From: Streptosporangiaceae bacterium
Lineage (GTDB): Bacteria; Actinomycetota; Actinomycetes; Streptosporangiales; Streptosporangiaceae
Assembly: GCA_036496945.1 (NCBI GenBank)
Contig: DASXKI010000386.1
Coordinates: 39-64,038 of the forward strand
Direction of reading: 5' to 3'
Length of the DNA: 64,000 nt
The position numbers and the translations under genes were made by a program. Within the stretch, counting starts at the first letter, position 1; each line of letters opens with the position of its first letter. A model generated the notes under the pieces. The model was not told where the DNA came from and did no database searches. It saw only the letters and a program-made list of their open reading frames with translations. Below are positions 18,355 through 28,329 of this stretch, piece by piece.

Positions 18355-19219
18355 GCCTGAGCTTCGGCCGCGGTCAGCACGCCGCGCAGGATGCGGTCGC
18401 CTAGGCACGCGAAACCGTTGACCATTCTCGTCCTTCCCTTCTCGTGGACCGGGGACCGGCAGAGACGCGGAGTCACCGCGATCACATTGCGAAAACATAG
18501 GTTGCCACGCTGTAAATTATCAATACTTCAGAGTAAAATCTCTACTGATTGACGAACTTTGCAACGACAGGACCAAGCCTTGGACAAAGAGCGCGCGGAA
18601 ACTTGGTCATTGACGACAAGGCACGGCTTGTTATGCGACTGTAACCTCATGCAAGAAGTCGATTCAAGATCGTAATTTATGTACGCGTGGAGTGCTCCAT
18701 GAGCTGGTCTATCGCTGTGCTGGTCAGGCTGGCGCTCAGCGTCGTGTTCCGGGTGTCGGCCGGCGCGCGAGCTCGCCACCGCGCCCACGCGTAGCGGGCC
18801 TAGCGACCGGCACTGATCGCCTGCCTGGTACTGCCTCGCTGTGCTGCGCTCGTGCCGTGGTCGCGCTTGCGGTCAGACCGCCGCACGTTAGACACCGTGT
18901 GGCTCCCTGCGCCTCGACGTTCTGCCTGACAGTCGCCTGAACATCGGGCTAAGGCTGGTGCCTATGAAAGCCGCCACAATGGAGCCTGCTCCTAGGCCGA
19001 ACACCTTTGCACCCAGGCTGGCGTTACCGTGGGCAGCGTTGTACTTCGCAACGACGCGCTGGACAACAGCCACGACACCGGGATGCGCAAGCCGCTGCGC
19101 ACCGACCTGCAACCATGGCGCCGCATGGCCGCTCGGCGCTGATCAACGATGCTGGACGAATTCAGGAGGCGCGGACGCGCCCGTCAGCGTCAGCTTCGGT
19201 CCTAGTCCTGGCGTGACCG

Positions 19220-19642
19220 TCACGCGTCTTCGCGGTCGGTGGTCACCTTGTCCGCGTCGGCCTCGTCCGCCGGGGTGGCGGCCTCCGGCTTCCTGCGGTT
19301 GAGGACAATAGCTGCTACCGCGCTGGCGGCCGTCGTAAGCACAGAGCTGACGGCTAGCTTGCGCCAGGGTCGGCGTTTTGGCTCTGCGGGCTCGAGCCGC
19401 CGGGCTGCCGACGACAGTACGGCCGAAACCTTAGGTGCGACCCTGTCTTGCAGGACCTGTCCGGTTCGGTCGACCTGTGGCGCGGCCCAAGCGCGCGTTT
19501 TGTACATGCGTCGGCGCGCAGCCGCTCCGGCCGTGCTGGCAAGCGCCTGCACATGAGCCGCAGCCGGCTTCACCTGGGCCGCCGTCTGGCGCGCGCGGGC
19601 TAGTGTGCCGCTGGCCTCGTGGTTTCTCTTCATGCGGGACAT
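19220..19642 (-). CDS. hypothetical membrane-anchored protein (Ala/Arg-rich helical N-part, one C-terminal TM)
   Basis: ATG 19642 with a GGGAGG RBS 5 nt upstream. TM segment LAVSSVLTTAASAVAAIVL and an acidic tail. The upstream 125 aa of the tracked ORF look non-coding. Confidence 0.55.
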   Translation of the reverse strand: MSRMKRNHEASGTLARARQTAAQVKPAAAHVQALASTAGAAARRRMYKTRAWAAPQVDRTGQVLQDRVAPKVSAVLSSAARRLEPAEPKRRPWRKLAVSSVLTTAASAVAAIVLNRRKPEAATPADEADADKVTTDREDA

Positions 19643-19928
19643 TGAGACCTCCCTGGGGGTGCGCCCCGCTCGACACGTTTCCCCGATTGGCATCTGTAAA
19701 CCATGCGACGCCAATAACTGAATGGCAGCCAGGCAGTTATCTTTCTGTGCTGGTGTCGCGTCAGCCGCGCGGCAGCGCTGGCGCGGCCGCGGCGGTGCGG
19801 CGGTCTGGACGGGGCTGGTGGGGAGCCTGGCGACGGCGGTAACGGCGCTAGGCCGAGCGCCGTTACCGGCGGCTAGCCCAGGCGTTACTCGGCGCGGCAC
19901 CAGGCGACCGCGCCGCACCTTGTAGATC

Positions 19929-20153
19929 ATGGCCTGCGTGGAAAACACATGGTTCAACCGGGAGATGCCGGTGCTGGACGCGGTCGTGACCCAGCTCGAC
20001 CAGCCCGGGAGCATCATGGCTCAGGTCAGGGACATCGCCGCGAAGACCGGCATGGACCCGCAAGACGTCGTCAGCGCGCTGGGCACGCTGGATGGCTCCT
20101 ACGTGGAGTTCGAGACGTCCGCGGCCGATCCGCGACGCGGCCCGTCGGTATAA
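19929..20153 (+). CDS. hypothetical small protein (possibly the 5' part of a truncated gene)
   Basis: Protein-like composition (FNREMPVLDAVVTQLDQPGSIMAQVRDIAAKTGMDPQDVVSALGTLDGSYVEFE). No RBS seen. It competes with antisense ORF 19863..20282. Confidence 0.3.
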   Translation: MACVENTWFNREMPVLDAVVTQLDQPGSIMAQVRDIAAKTGMDPQDVVSALGTLDGSYVEFETSAADPRRGPSV

Positions 20154-20417
20154 GCGAAATCGAGTGCCAGCAGCCTCGTGCCACCCTTCAGGAACCGGGC
20201 CGGGCTTCACTACCGCAACTGTCGGAACCCCACGCTCGGTCCAGTCGTCCGGCGACACGCGATGCGCCGCAAGCACCTTCACTGAGCAGGGAGAGGCGGC
20301 TCGAAGGCGGGCCTCCTGTACTTCCAGCGGAACTGACGGCCCTGTTGAAGTGGCCGTGCCTGCGTGTCTGGTACGGGTGCTCCGGGCCCAGTTCTTCCGT
20401 CTGGCCCTAGCGACTGG

Positions 20418-21870
20418 CTATCCGGGTGCCGCGGGGAGGTAGATGCGGAAGGTGGTGCCGCGGCCTTCCAGGGAGTCGACCTCGATTGTGCCCCGTGCGC
20501 CGGTGATGATGCCGTGGATAGTGGATAGCCCCAGGCCGGTGCCCGTGCCCGGCTTGGTGGTGAAGAATCGCTCGAAGATCCTTTCCCGGACGTCCGTGGT
20601 CATGCCGATGCCGGTGTCCTGGAATACGAGTTTGACGTAGCGTCCTGGCTTTGTCCCAGGGTGCAGCCGCGAGCTATCGGTGCTGAAGTCTGCAGCGCTG
20701 GTACGGATGATGAGCGTGCCGCCTGCTGGCATGGCGTCACGGGCGTTGACAGCCAGATTGAGCAGCACCTGCTCAAGCTGGCCCCAGTCCGCCCGCACCG
20801 AAGGCATGGTCGGCGAGGGTTCGAAGATCACCTCGGCGCGGCCGCTCATGCTCATGATCAGCAGATCCATCATCCGCGTGATGAGGGTGTTGAGGTCCAC
20901 GTCCTCGGTGTTGGCCTGGACCCGGCGGCTGAAGCTGAGCAGGTCGCCGGACAGATGGACGGTACGGTCGGCGGCGGCGCGGATATCGCCCAGAATCCGA
21001 TACAGCTCGGGATCGCGGTCGTCGGTGACATCTTCTGCCGACTCGGCGTAGCCGACGATGATCGCGAGCAGGTTGCTGAAGTCGTGGGCAATGCTGCTGG
21101 TCAGCTGTCCGACGGTCTGCAACCGCTCGGCCTGCTGCAGTTCGGCCTCCAGCGCACGGCGCTTCGATTCCGCGCGGACCAGAGGACCAGATCGGCCTGA
21201 GTCTCGGCGTTGGCGATCGCGATGGCAGCCAGTTCGGTGAACCTGGCCAGTTGCGCCTTTGTGCCGGCCGGCAGCGGTTCCGCGTGGGATCCCACGGTCA
21301 TGACGCCCCAAAGCCGTCCCTCGACGCTGACCGGCACGCCGACAGCCGCACGGAGTCCATACTCGCGGCGGGCGAGCTCGGCGACCGGGCCCGAGGCGCC
21401 GGCGTAGTCGTCGATCCGCGCAGGCCGGTGGGTCTGGACACCATCGTGGACACGTTCGGCCCGCCGACCGTTGATCTGGAGCCGACGGGGAGGGTAGGGC
21501 CGGTGCTGCTCCATGAGGCGACTAGGGTTCTCGAGCCGCCCGGGTCATACCGGGTCATCGCCGCGTAGTTTTCGCCCAGCAACCTCCCGGCCTCCTCGGT
21601 GACCGTGGCGAGCACCTCCGCCGGCGGCGCCCCGCGGGCCAGCAGCGTCGCCACCCGCCGCAGCGCGGCCTGCTCCTCGGCGAACCCGCGCAGCTCCACG
21701 CGGGCCTGGGCGTTGGCGATCGCGGTCGCGGCCAGTTCGGTGAACCCGGCCAGCCGCGCCTCGGTGCCCGCCGGCAGCGGCTCCTCCCGCGTGTGCTCAA
21801 CGACCATGACACCCCACAGATGGCCCTCGACGCTGACCGGCACACTGACCGATGCGCGGAACCCGAACTC
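20418..21870 (-). pseudogene. GAF-GAF-HisKA-HATPase_c sensor histidine kinase, 5'-truncated with two frameshifts
   Basis: HisKA H-box SSIAHDFSNLL, N-box LNLAVNARDAM, G-boxes DTGIGM and GTGLGL (ORF 20418..21311). The second GAF C-half is in ORF 21101..21514 (RPARIDDYAGASGPVAELA...VPVSVEGRLWGVM...FTELAAIAIANA). The first GAF C-half and second GAF N-half are in ORF 21298..21843. The frames switch near 21435-21440 and 21172-21195. Confidence 0.8.
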
Positions 21871-22255
21871 GCGGAACCCGATTCAGGTCCAGCGTGTCGA
21901 ATGCCCACTGCAGCATGGCGCGCGCGGCCTCTGTCGCGTAGCCGTGGCCCCATGCCGCATCGTCGAGGCACTAGCCCATCGACGGACTGCGATAGTCGGG
22001 GTTCCATCGGGTCAGACCGCACCAGCCGATAAATGCCCTGTCGGAAACACGGTCGATGGCCAACCGCGCCCCGCTGCCTTCGTCCGCCATTTGCTGGCAA
22101 GCCGTGATGAAGCGTTCGGCGCGCTCTCGTCCGCTCCAGGGCGGCGACAGGACAGTTGTGTAGCAGCGCACCAGATTGGAGTTTCGGCTATGCGGCCTAT
22201 GCCTAGGGTGAACGGCATGGCTGGGCGGAGCTGTCCTGTCACATGCTGGGGGCAT
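21871..22255 (-). pseudogene. GNAT (RimJ/RimL-like) N-acetyltransferase remnant: in-frame TAG, 3'-truncated and fused to the GAF remnant
   Basis: ERAERFI...GSGARLAIDRVSDRAFIGWCGL...SPSMG-TAG(21971-21973)-CLDDAAWGHGYATEAARAMLQWAFDTLDLNRV reads in one frame across the stop. The GNAT sequence ends abruptly at about 21870-21885. Confidence 0.6.
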
Positions 22256-23252
22256 GAGACTGCTGGTGCTTGGCGGAACTCACCATGTTGGCCGCGCGGT
22301 TGTGGAGACCGCACTGGCGCGCGGTGACGAGGTCACCACGCTGACCCGGGGGGTGAGCGGGCCCTCAGCGGCCGGGGCGCGTGCGATTCACGCTGACCGG
22401 ACCAGCTCAGGGGAACTCGCCGCGGCCCTGGGCGATGAGGTGTGGGATGCGGTCATTGACACCTGGAGCGGCGCGCCGCACGTCGTCAGGGAGGCTGTCC
22501 TGGTGCTCAGCGGTCGGGCGGGACACTACTGCTATGTGTCGAGCCGGTCGGTATACCGGTGGCCAATACCGCCAGGGGCGGACGAGAGCGCCCCCGTTGT
22601 CGATGCTGACCCAGGTTCGCGGGCTAGTGACGACTACGCGGCCGCCAAGCGTGGTGGCGAACTGGCCGCCACTTCCGCATTCGGCGGCCAGGTGCTGCTG
22701 GCCCGGGCGGGCCTGATCCTGGGCCCCTACGAAATCGTCGGCCGGATGCCGTGGTGGCTGCGGCGGATCGAGCGCGGTGGCGATGTGCTCGCCCCCGGAC
22801 CGCCGGATCTGCCGCTGCAATATATCGACTGTCGTGACCTCGCGGCCTGGCTCTTGCACGCCGCGGACGCCGGGATCGGCGGTGCGTTCAACACTGTCAG
22901 CAAGCCTGGCCAGGCGACCATGCGCGGTCTCCTGGAAGCCGCGAAGGCCGCCACCGGTTCGGCCGCACGCTTGGTGTGGGCGCCTCCGGATGTCATCGAA
23001 AGAGCAGGCATCGCGCCATGGACCGAGTTGCCGGTCTGGGTGCCGCCGGACAGCGAACTGATCGGCCTGCACACCGGTGACGTATCGGCCGTGTACGCAG
23101 CCGGGCTGCGCTGCCGCCCGATCGAGCAAACCGTGGCAGACACCTGGGCCTGGCTCCAGACCGAGACAGATCCGCCATCCCAGCCCGGCCGCCCAGCGCA
23201 CGGCGTTACTCCCGAACGCGAGCGAGCAGCCCTCGCAATGCTCACCAGCTAA
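22254..23252 (+). CDS. NAD(P)-dependent epimerase/dehydratase (extended SDR) family protein
   Basis: N-terminal Rossmann motif MRLLVLGGTHHVGRAVV. 332 aa with high GC3. Confidence 0.85.
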   Translation: MRLLVLGGTHHVGRAVVETALARGDEVTTLTRGVSGPSAAGARAIHADRTSSGELAAALGDEVWDAVIDTWSGAPHVVREAVLVLSGRAGHYCYVSSRSVYRWPIPPGADESAPVVDADPGSRASDDYAAAKRGGELAATSAFGGQVLLARAGLILGPYEIVGRMPWWLRRIERGGDVLAPGPPDLPLQYIDCRDLAAWLLHAADAGIGGAFNTVSKPGQATMRGLLEAAKAATGSAARLVWAPPDVIERAGIAPWTELPVWVPPDSELIGLHTGDVSAVYAAGLRCRPIEQTVADTWAWLQTETDPPSQPGRPAHGVTPERERAALAMLTS

Positions 23253-23474
23253 GGCGCGCAAAGCAGGCCCAGAATTGCTCAGCGCAAGGGCCGCCACCCA
23301 GGCAAGCCCCGCGGCGATCGCCGTCTTCGCCGCCAGGAACACCTGCTGTCGGGTGACGAGGCCTGGCAAGACCATGCCGGACTGGAATGACGCGAGTGAG
23401 GGACGCCACCTGCTCATACCACTAGCTTTCAGGATCCGCCAAGTCCGCCGAGCTTGCGCCTTCGGCTGGCTCAT
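23253..23474 (-). pseudogene. 5' remnant of a FUSC/aromatic-acid-exporter-like membrane protein gene
   Basis: The first 70 aa or so of ORF 22407..23474 (…RQQVFLAAKTAIAAGLAWVAALAL…) look like the N-terminus of that exporter family and have high GC3. Below about 23255 the ORF is only an antisense shadow of the epimerase gene. Confidence 0.3.
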
Positions 23475-23509
23475 GAGTGGCGCGATGGTTGTCCGGTTAC
23501 CATCTCCTG

Positions 23510-23986
23510 ATGAGTAATCAGTTGTTCGTTCCGGTGGATTTTGCGGTACCGGACGAGCTTACGGCCGAGCAATTCCGGCTCGAGCCGCTCCGGCCGGAAC
23601 ACAACGCCGCGGACTATGCCGCGTGGACGGCCAGTATCGGCCACATCCAGGCCACGCCGGGATTCCACGGGACGGGCTGGCCGCACCAGATGAGCCTGGC
23701 GGACAATCTGCGGGACCTCCAACGCCACGCACAGGACTTCGCCGAGCGCCGCGGGTTCACCTACACCGTGCTCAGCTCAGGCACTGGCGACGTCATCGGG
23801 TGCGTGTACATCTACCCGCCGCGCGGGGAGAGACTAGGCAGCCGCGAGGGCGAACGGCCCGCGCTCGTCAGGTCCTGGGTGCGCGCCGACCATGCCGCGC
23901 TTGACCCAGTGCTCTATCACGCGGTGCTGGCATGGCTTGAACGCGACTGGCCATTTCAGGCGATCGACTACGCGCCACGAAGCTGA
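23510..23986 (+). CDS. GNAT-like acetyltransferase family protein
   Basis: FRLEPLRPEHNAADYAAW...IQATPGF...WP..MSLADNLRDLQRHAQDFAERRGFTYTVL...VIGCVYIYP matches a recurrent actinobacterial family usually annotated as GNAT. Start is ATG 23510 or 23477. Confidence 0.6.
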   Translation: MSNQLFVPVDFAVPDELTAEQFRLEPLRPEHNAADYAAWTASIGHIQATPGFHGTGWPHQMSLADNLRDLQRHAQDFAERRGFTYTVLSSGTGDVIGCVYIYPPRGERLGSREGERPALVRSWVRADHAALDPVLYHAVLAWLERDWPFQAIDYAPRS

Positions 23987-24528
23987 GCCGCTTGTCACGT
24001 CGGGGCGGTCAACTCACATACTGGCCTCGGGGTTGTCCCGATCGGCGCAAATGCCGCAGCCGGTCTGTAACGGAAACTGTTGTCACCCAGGCCACGGAGC
24101 TTCGTGATGTTCGGCCCGCTGCAGCACCTGCTGGAGGCCGAGATCGGGTGCACGCAGCGGTAGCCCGCTGCGTGCACCGGACGGCGAGCCGCGCCCGGAA
24201 TAGATGCCACCACGCTCGCTGAGAGGCGGGCGCGTCAAGTCGACGACTCCACCTCTTCAGGCGAGGCGCGCACAGAACATCAGGTTCCGACACGGGCCGA
24301 GCGCAGGAGAAGACCGCCACCGCACTGCCCGGCCAGCTTGACCGGCAGCCTTGACTGTAATATTTTTCAATGAAAGGAAGATGTTCCAGCAATAAGTCAA
24401 TGAGGTAGCGCAACCCTGCATGCGGGCAACTCGCCCGGCAAGCGGCCGATAGCACCGCGGCCGTGGGTGGCATGGTGCGCTCCCGACGCCCGGCCACCCA
24501 GAACCCGATATCCGCCTCGGAGCCCAGC

Positions 24529-24942
24529 ATGAGCGACGTCACCGTACAGCAGGCCGGCCAGGCCATCCGCGCCTCCGACGGTGAACGGGACCAGGTAGTG
24601 GCGCTGCTGCAGCGTGACTTCGCCGACGGCCGGCTGACTCAGGCCGAACTCGAGGAACGGGTGGGCGCCGCCCTCGCGGCGCAGACCAGGGACCAGCTGC
24701 GTGCCCTCACCGCAGACCTGCCCGGCGTGGACGTACGGCCCGCGCGGCTGACCACGGCGCTGGACCCGGTCCTGCTGTGCGTGCTGCTGTGTCTTTGCCC
24801 GCCCGCGGGGATTGCCTACTGGCTGCTGTCCCGCCGCGGGATTGGCGGCGGGTGGCTGTCGCAGCGGCAGCTGGCCGGTGTCCCGAACTGGGCGTGGATC
24901 CTGATGATCGCCGGTGCGGTTACCGCCGCTGCCCACGGGTGA
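24529..24942 (+). CDS. DUF1707 (SHOCT-like) domain membrane protein
   Basis: IRASDGERDQVVALLQRDFADGRLTQAELEERVGAALAAQTRDQLRALTADLP is the DUF1707 signature, followed by 2 TM helices. GGAG 6 nt upstream of ATG 24529. Confidence 0.8.
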   Translation: MSDVTVQQAGQAIRASDGERDQVVALLQRDFADGRLTQAELEERVGAALAAQTRDQLRALTADLPGVDVRPARLTTALDPVLLCVLLCLCPPAGIAYWLLSRRGIGGGWLSQRQLAGVPNWAWILMIAGAVTAAAHG

Positions 24943-25526
24943 GCACCGACGGCGGATCGGTCCCGGCCCGTCCGGCCGCGGCGAAGACCTGGCACGGCGT
25001 GCACAAGGCGCTTGGCGACCCGCTGCGGATCCGGCTGGTGGAGTGGCTGATGGAGCGGCCCCGGTCGGCGCGGGAGCTGGCGGAATGCGCCGGCCTGCCC
25101 GCCGACCGTCTCTACTACCACCTCGGCCAGCTCGAGCAGGCTGGCCTGATCGAGGTCGCTGAGTACCGGCGGCTGGCCCGGGGCAAGGCCGAGCGCGTGT
25201 ACGCCCCGGCGGAAGCCGAGCCGCCCGGCGACGCCAGCCCGCAGGAGACCGCCGCATTCCTCGGATCCGTGCTGGAGGCCACCGCGATGGACATCACGGC
25301 GGCATTCCAGGCCAAGCAGGCGGGCCGCCGCCGGGAGGTCGACGTGACCCGGGCCGCGCTGCTGCTGACCGACGAGGCGCTGGCCGAACTGCGCGGCCAT
25401 CTCACCCAGGTCGCCGCCCGGTTCGCCGAACCCGAGGCCGAGGGAACTTGGACGCGGCTGGTCCTCGTCCTGGCCGACCTGCAAGACCGCCCCGGCCCGG
25501 CACTCTCGCCGGGCAACCCCGCATGA
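24939..25526 (+). CDS. ArsR-type winged-helix transcriptional regulator
   Basis: ALGDPLRIRLVEWLMERPRSARELAECAGLPADRLYYHLGQLEQAGLIEV. GTGA overlap with the DUF1707 stop. Confidence 0.8.
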   Translation: MSTDGGSVPARPAAAKTWHGVHKALGDPLRIRLVEWLMERPRSARELAECAGLPADRLYYHLGQLEQAGLIEVAEYRRLARGKAERVYAPAEAEPPGDASPQETAAFLGSVLEATAMDITAAFQAKQAGRRREVDVTRAALLLTDEALAELRGHLTQVAARFAEPEAEGTWTRLVLVLADLQDRPGPALSPGNPA

Positions 25527-25621
25527 GCAACGTAGCGGGCGCCTCCGGGCCAGCACTCATGCGAGACGTGAGCACGATCCGGATGTCGCCACAGAATCGC
25601 CTGTTGACTGAACCTGCGCAC

Positions 25622-26140
25622 TCAATCCGCGGGCATGCCTGAGTGCGGATGGCGCTCGGTGAGGTGCTTCAGGTTCAGCAGTTGCCGTCGAGCCATGATC
25701 AGGTCGCCGACGCACAGCGCGGGGGCCTTCCAGCGGGTAGTTTGCATGACGACCTTGAGCAGGAGGCGGGTCGTGCGGTGGTCCTCGGGAACCAGGACGT
25801 AGGACATGAAGGCCCCCATGATTGTGCCCGTCAGGTGTTTCCCCCGATCGACCGAGAGGATCCTGCCCACCTCACGGCCGCCAGCGGTAGTGAACCTCTC
25901 CCCGGCGCGAGGTTCGGGAAGACCGGCCAGTTCTCGAGGTGAGCGGCGGCCCAGGTTGTCTATCCAGTCGTAGGAGTACGGCGCGAGCCTCACCTGTGCC
26001 ACCCATGGCCACACCGCGTCGGCAGGCGCCTCGACGCGCACGCCCCGCCATGCCTGCAACGTGGGCGAATCGACGAAGTCATCGCATGGGTAGGAGCGCA
26101 AGGTCTCGTTGTCGCTCACGCCCCACCGGTCACCGATCAC
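25622..26140 (-). CDS. SRPBCC (START/polyketide-cyclase-like) family protein
   Basis: 172 aa. The pattern VEAPADAVWPWVAQVRLAPYSYDWIDN and the overall size are typical of the SRPBCC fold. Assignment is by resemblance only. Confidence 0.55.
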   Translation of the reverse strand: MIGDRWGVSDNETLRSYPCDDFVDSPTLQAWRGVRVEAPADAVWPWVAQVRLAPYSYDWIDNLGRRSPRELAGLPEPRAGERFTTAGGREVGRILSVDRGKHLTGTIMGAFMSYVLVPEDHRTTRLLLKVVMQTTRWKAPALCVGDLIMARRQLLNLKHLTERHPHSGMPAD

Positions 26141-26215
26141 GCCCTCATACTCCGGCAGGCCCCGAGCCCCAGTAAAGCGGCGATCCCCGTTGGGAGCAGC
26201 AGCCCCGGCCTGGTC

Positions 26216-26806
26216 TCAGCGAGCTGCTGGGGGCGGAGACGGCAGACCGGCGCTGCGCTTCTGCGCGAGCCTGGTCTTGCCGTCGAGCAGTTCCCTGGCA
26301 ATGTCCAGGTGACCGGCATGCCGCGCGGTCTCCTCGATCACGTGCAGGACGATCCAGCGCACCGTCGGCGGCTCTGCTACCTCCGGGTCTCCGTGCTTGC
26401 CGCATGGCCGCGCCGACAGTGGCGTCACCGCCAGCACCGCATCCGAGCGCGCGCACAGTTCGCGGTATTCGGCGATGATGTCCGCTGAGGACCAGTCAGT
26501 GACGAACGCTGCCATCGGGTCATAGGGAGACATCTCCTCGTCTCCCGGCGGCGTTGTATCTGCCGCGGCCACGACCTCCTGGAACCAGTGCAGCTCGGCG
26601 CCGCTCAGGTGCTCGACCAGCCCAGCCGGAGTCCAGCCCGACGGCACGACCGACCGGTGCCACGCCTCCTCGTCCAGACCCTCCGTGATGCCAAGCACCG
26701 TCTCGCGCTGAGCAGCCAGGAAGTCCAGCAGAACCTGGTCCTCGGCGGAGACAGGCTGATGGAGGGTAACGCGGGAACGACAATCGGGCAACGATTGAAT
26801 GGACAT
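26216..26806 (-). CDS. DinB/DUF664 family protein (mycothiol-transferase-like)
   Basis: LLDFLAAQRETVLGITEGLDEEAW...PSGWTPAGLVEHL...E..WF and the C-terminal WIVLHVIEETARHAGHLDIARELLDG. Confidence 0.8.
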   Translation of the reverse strand: MSIQSLPDCRSRVTLHQPVSAEDQVLLDFLAAQRETVLGITEGLDEEAWHRSVVPSGWTPAGLVEHLSGAELHWFQEVVAAADTTPPGDEEMSPYDPMAAFVTDWSSADIIAEYRELCARSDAVLAVTPLSARPCGKHGDPEVAEPPTVRWIVLHVIEETARHAGHLDIARELLDGKTRLAQKRSAGLPSPPPAAR

Positions 26807-26830
26807 TCCCGGACGCCCGAGGCGGTTATG

Positions 26831-27709
26831 TCAGGCGTCGAGCTCTGCGGCCAGATATTGCGCGTTGACCTGCGCGTAGTCGCTGTAGCAGTTGTTGAAC
26901 AGCACGTGCGTGGCTGAGGCTTGCTCGGCGAGGCCTCGGATGCGGGCCGCCCAGTCGGACAGTTCGGCGTCGGTGTAGCGGTAGCCGAACCGCTCGTGGA
27001 TATCCTTACTAGTCCATTTCTGGGAGTGACCGTGCAAGCGGACGACAGCTAGGTCGGCGGTGGCGGCAACTACCGGCGGGATCGAGTCCGCGTAGCCTTG
27101 CGGCATGTCCACCGTCACATACGGCAGGTCGTGGTCGGCGAGGAACTTGAGGGTTTCCTGCTGGTTGTCGGGAGTCATCCAGGTGCGATTGCGGAACTCT
27201 ATGCAGACCTGCCGGGGTGCCACGCGGCGGGCACAGGCCAGGATGTAGTCCTTGCTTGCGCGCGAGATCGGGAACCACCTCGGGAACTGGAGCAAGATCG
27301 CGCCCAGTTTGCCCGCCTGACGCAGCGGCTCGAGCGCGGCCAGGAACCGGTCCCAGGCCTGGTCGGTGACGGCCGGGTCGACCTGACGCAGGTAGACCGG
27401 GTCCTTGCCGGCTTGCTCCGCGGCTGGGCGCAGATCGGCTGGCAGCGCGGCAACGCGGGTTGGGTGCTGCGTGAACAGGCTGAACGCCTTGATGTTGAAC
27501 GTAAATCCAGCCGGAGTGCGGGCAGCCCACGAGGCGGCGGTCTGCTCGGCGGGCAGCGCATAGTAAGTGGCGTCGACCTCGACCAGCGGGAACCTGCCCG
27601 CGTAGAACTGCAGACGGCGGGCTGGGGTACTGGCATCGGGCGGGTACCAGCCAGACTCGAGCAGTGTCCTGTCGGTCCACGACGCGGTGCCCACACGGAT
27701 GTCGGCCAT
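26831..27709 (-). CDS. DUF72 domain-containing protein
   Basis: IRVGTASWTDRTLLESGWYPP......RLQFYAGRFPLVEVDATYYALP...WAARTPAGFTFNIKAF is the canonical DUF72 N-terminus. Confidence 0.9.
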   Translation of the reverse strand: MADIRVGTASWTDRTLLESGWYPPDASTPARRLQFYAGRFPLVEVDATYYALPAEQTAASWAARTPAGFTFNIKAFSLFTQHPTRVAALPADLRPAAEQAGKDPVYLRQVDPAVTDQAWDRFLAALEPLRQAGKLGAILLQFPRWFPISRASKDYILACARRVAPRQVCIEFRNRTWMTPDNQQETLKFLADHDLPYVTVDMPQGYADSIPPVVAATADLAVVRLHGHSQKWTSKDIHERFGYRYTDAELSDWAARIRGLAEQASATHVLFNNCYSDYAQVNAQYLAAELDA

Positions 27710-27878
27710 ACCCGAAGCGTACGAACTGGCGGCGGCCGCTTCCTGGCCGGTACGCAGATGGGACCCTGGCTGCCAGCTCCTCCGCCGGGGGGCACTCGTC
27801 GCCTGGCCGGCCCGCCATGATAGCCATGGGCCAGCTGGCAGACCGCAGCTCTACGTGGATGGGTGCTACCTTCGGATC

Positions 27879-28319
27879 ATGACCCCGCAGGAGCTCGAGA
27901 GCCTCGCTTACCTGCGACGTGCCCGGGATCTGATCGACCGTGAGTACGCTCAGCCGCTCGACGTCCCGACCATGGCCCGTAGGGCGCTCATGTCGCCCGC
28001 TCACTTCTCGCGCCGGTTCCGGGCGGCATACGGCGAGACGCCGTACTCCTACCTCATGACCCGCAGGATCGAGCGTGCGATGGCGTTGCTGCGGGCGGGT
28101 GTGAGCGTCACGGACGCCTGCATGGCGGTTGGCTGTACCTCCCTCGGCTCGTTCAGCTCGCGGTTCGCCGAGATCGTCGGGGAGACTCCGTCGGCATGGC
28201 GGAGCCACGAGCACGCCGCGGTCAAGGCCATGCCCTCCTGTGTCGCCAAGACGCACACGCGCCCGGTCCGAAATGCATCGAGCAGGATCGGAGAAGCGCC
28301 AGGCGAGGCCGCGGCTTAG
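27879..28319 (+). CDS. AraC family transcriptional regulator (HTH-only short form)
   Basis: LAYLRRARDLIDREYAQPLDVPTMARRALMSPAHFSRRFRAAYGETPYSYLMTRRIERAMALLRAG.SVTDACMAVGCTSLGSFSSRF. ATG 27879. Confidence 0.85.
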   Translation: MTPQELESLAYLRRARDLIDREYAQPLDVPTMARRALMSPAHFSRRFRAAYGETPYSYLMTRRIERAMALLRAGVSVTDACMAVGCTSLGSFSSRFAEIVGETPSAWRSHEHAAVKAMPSCVAKTHTRPVRNASSRIGEAPGEAAA

Positions 28320-28329
28320 AGTCACCGTT

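Noticed and set aside
18888-19112. A 74-aa minus-strand ORF (MQVGAQRLAHPG...GLGAGSIVAAFIG...).
   Set aside because: There is no RBS, GC3 is only moderate, and no family is recognisable. It could be a small membrane protein, but the support is insufficient.
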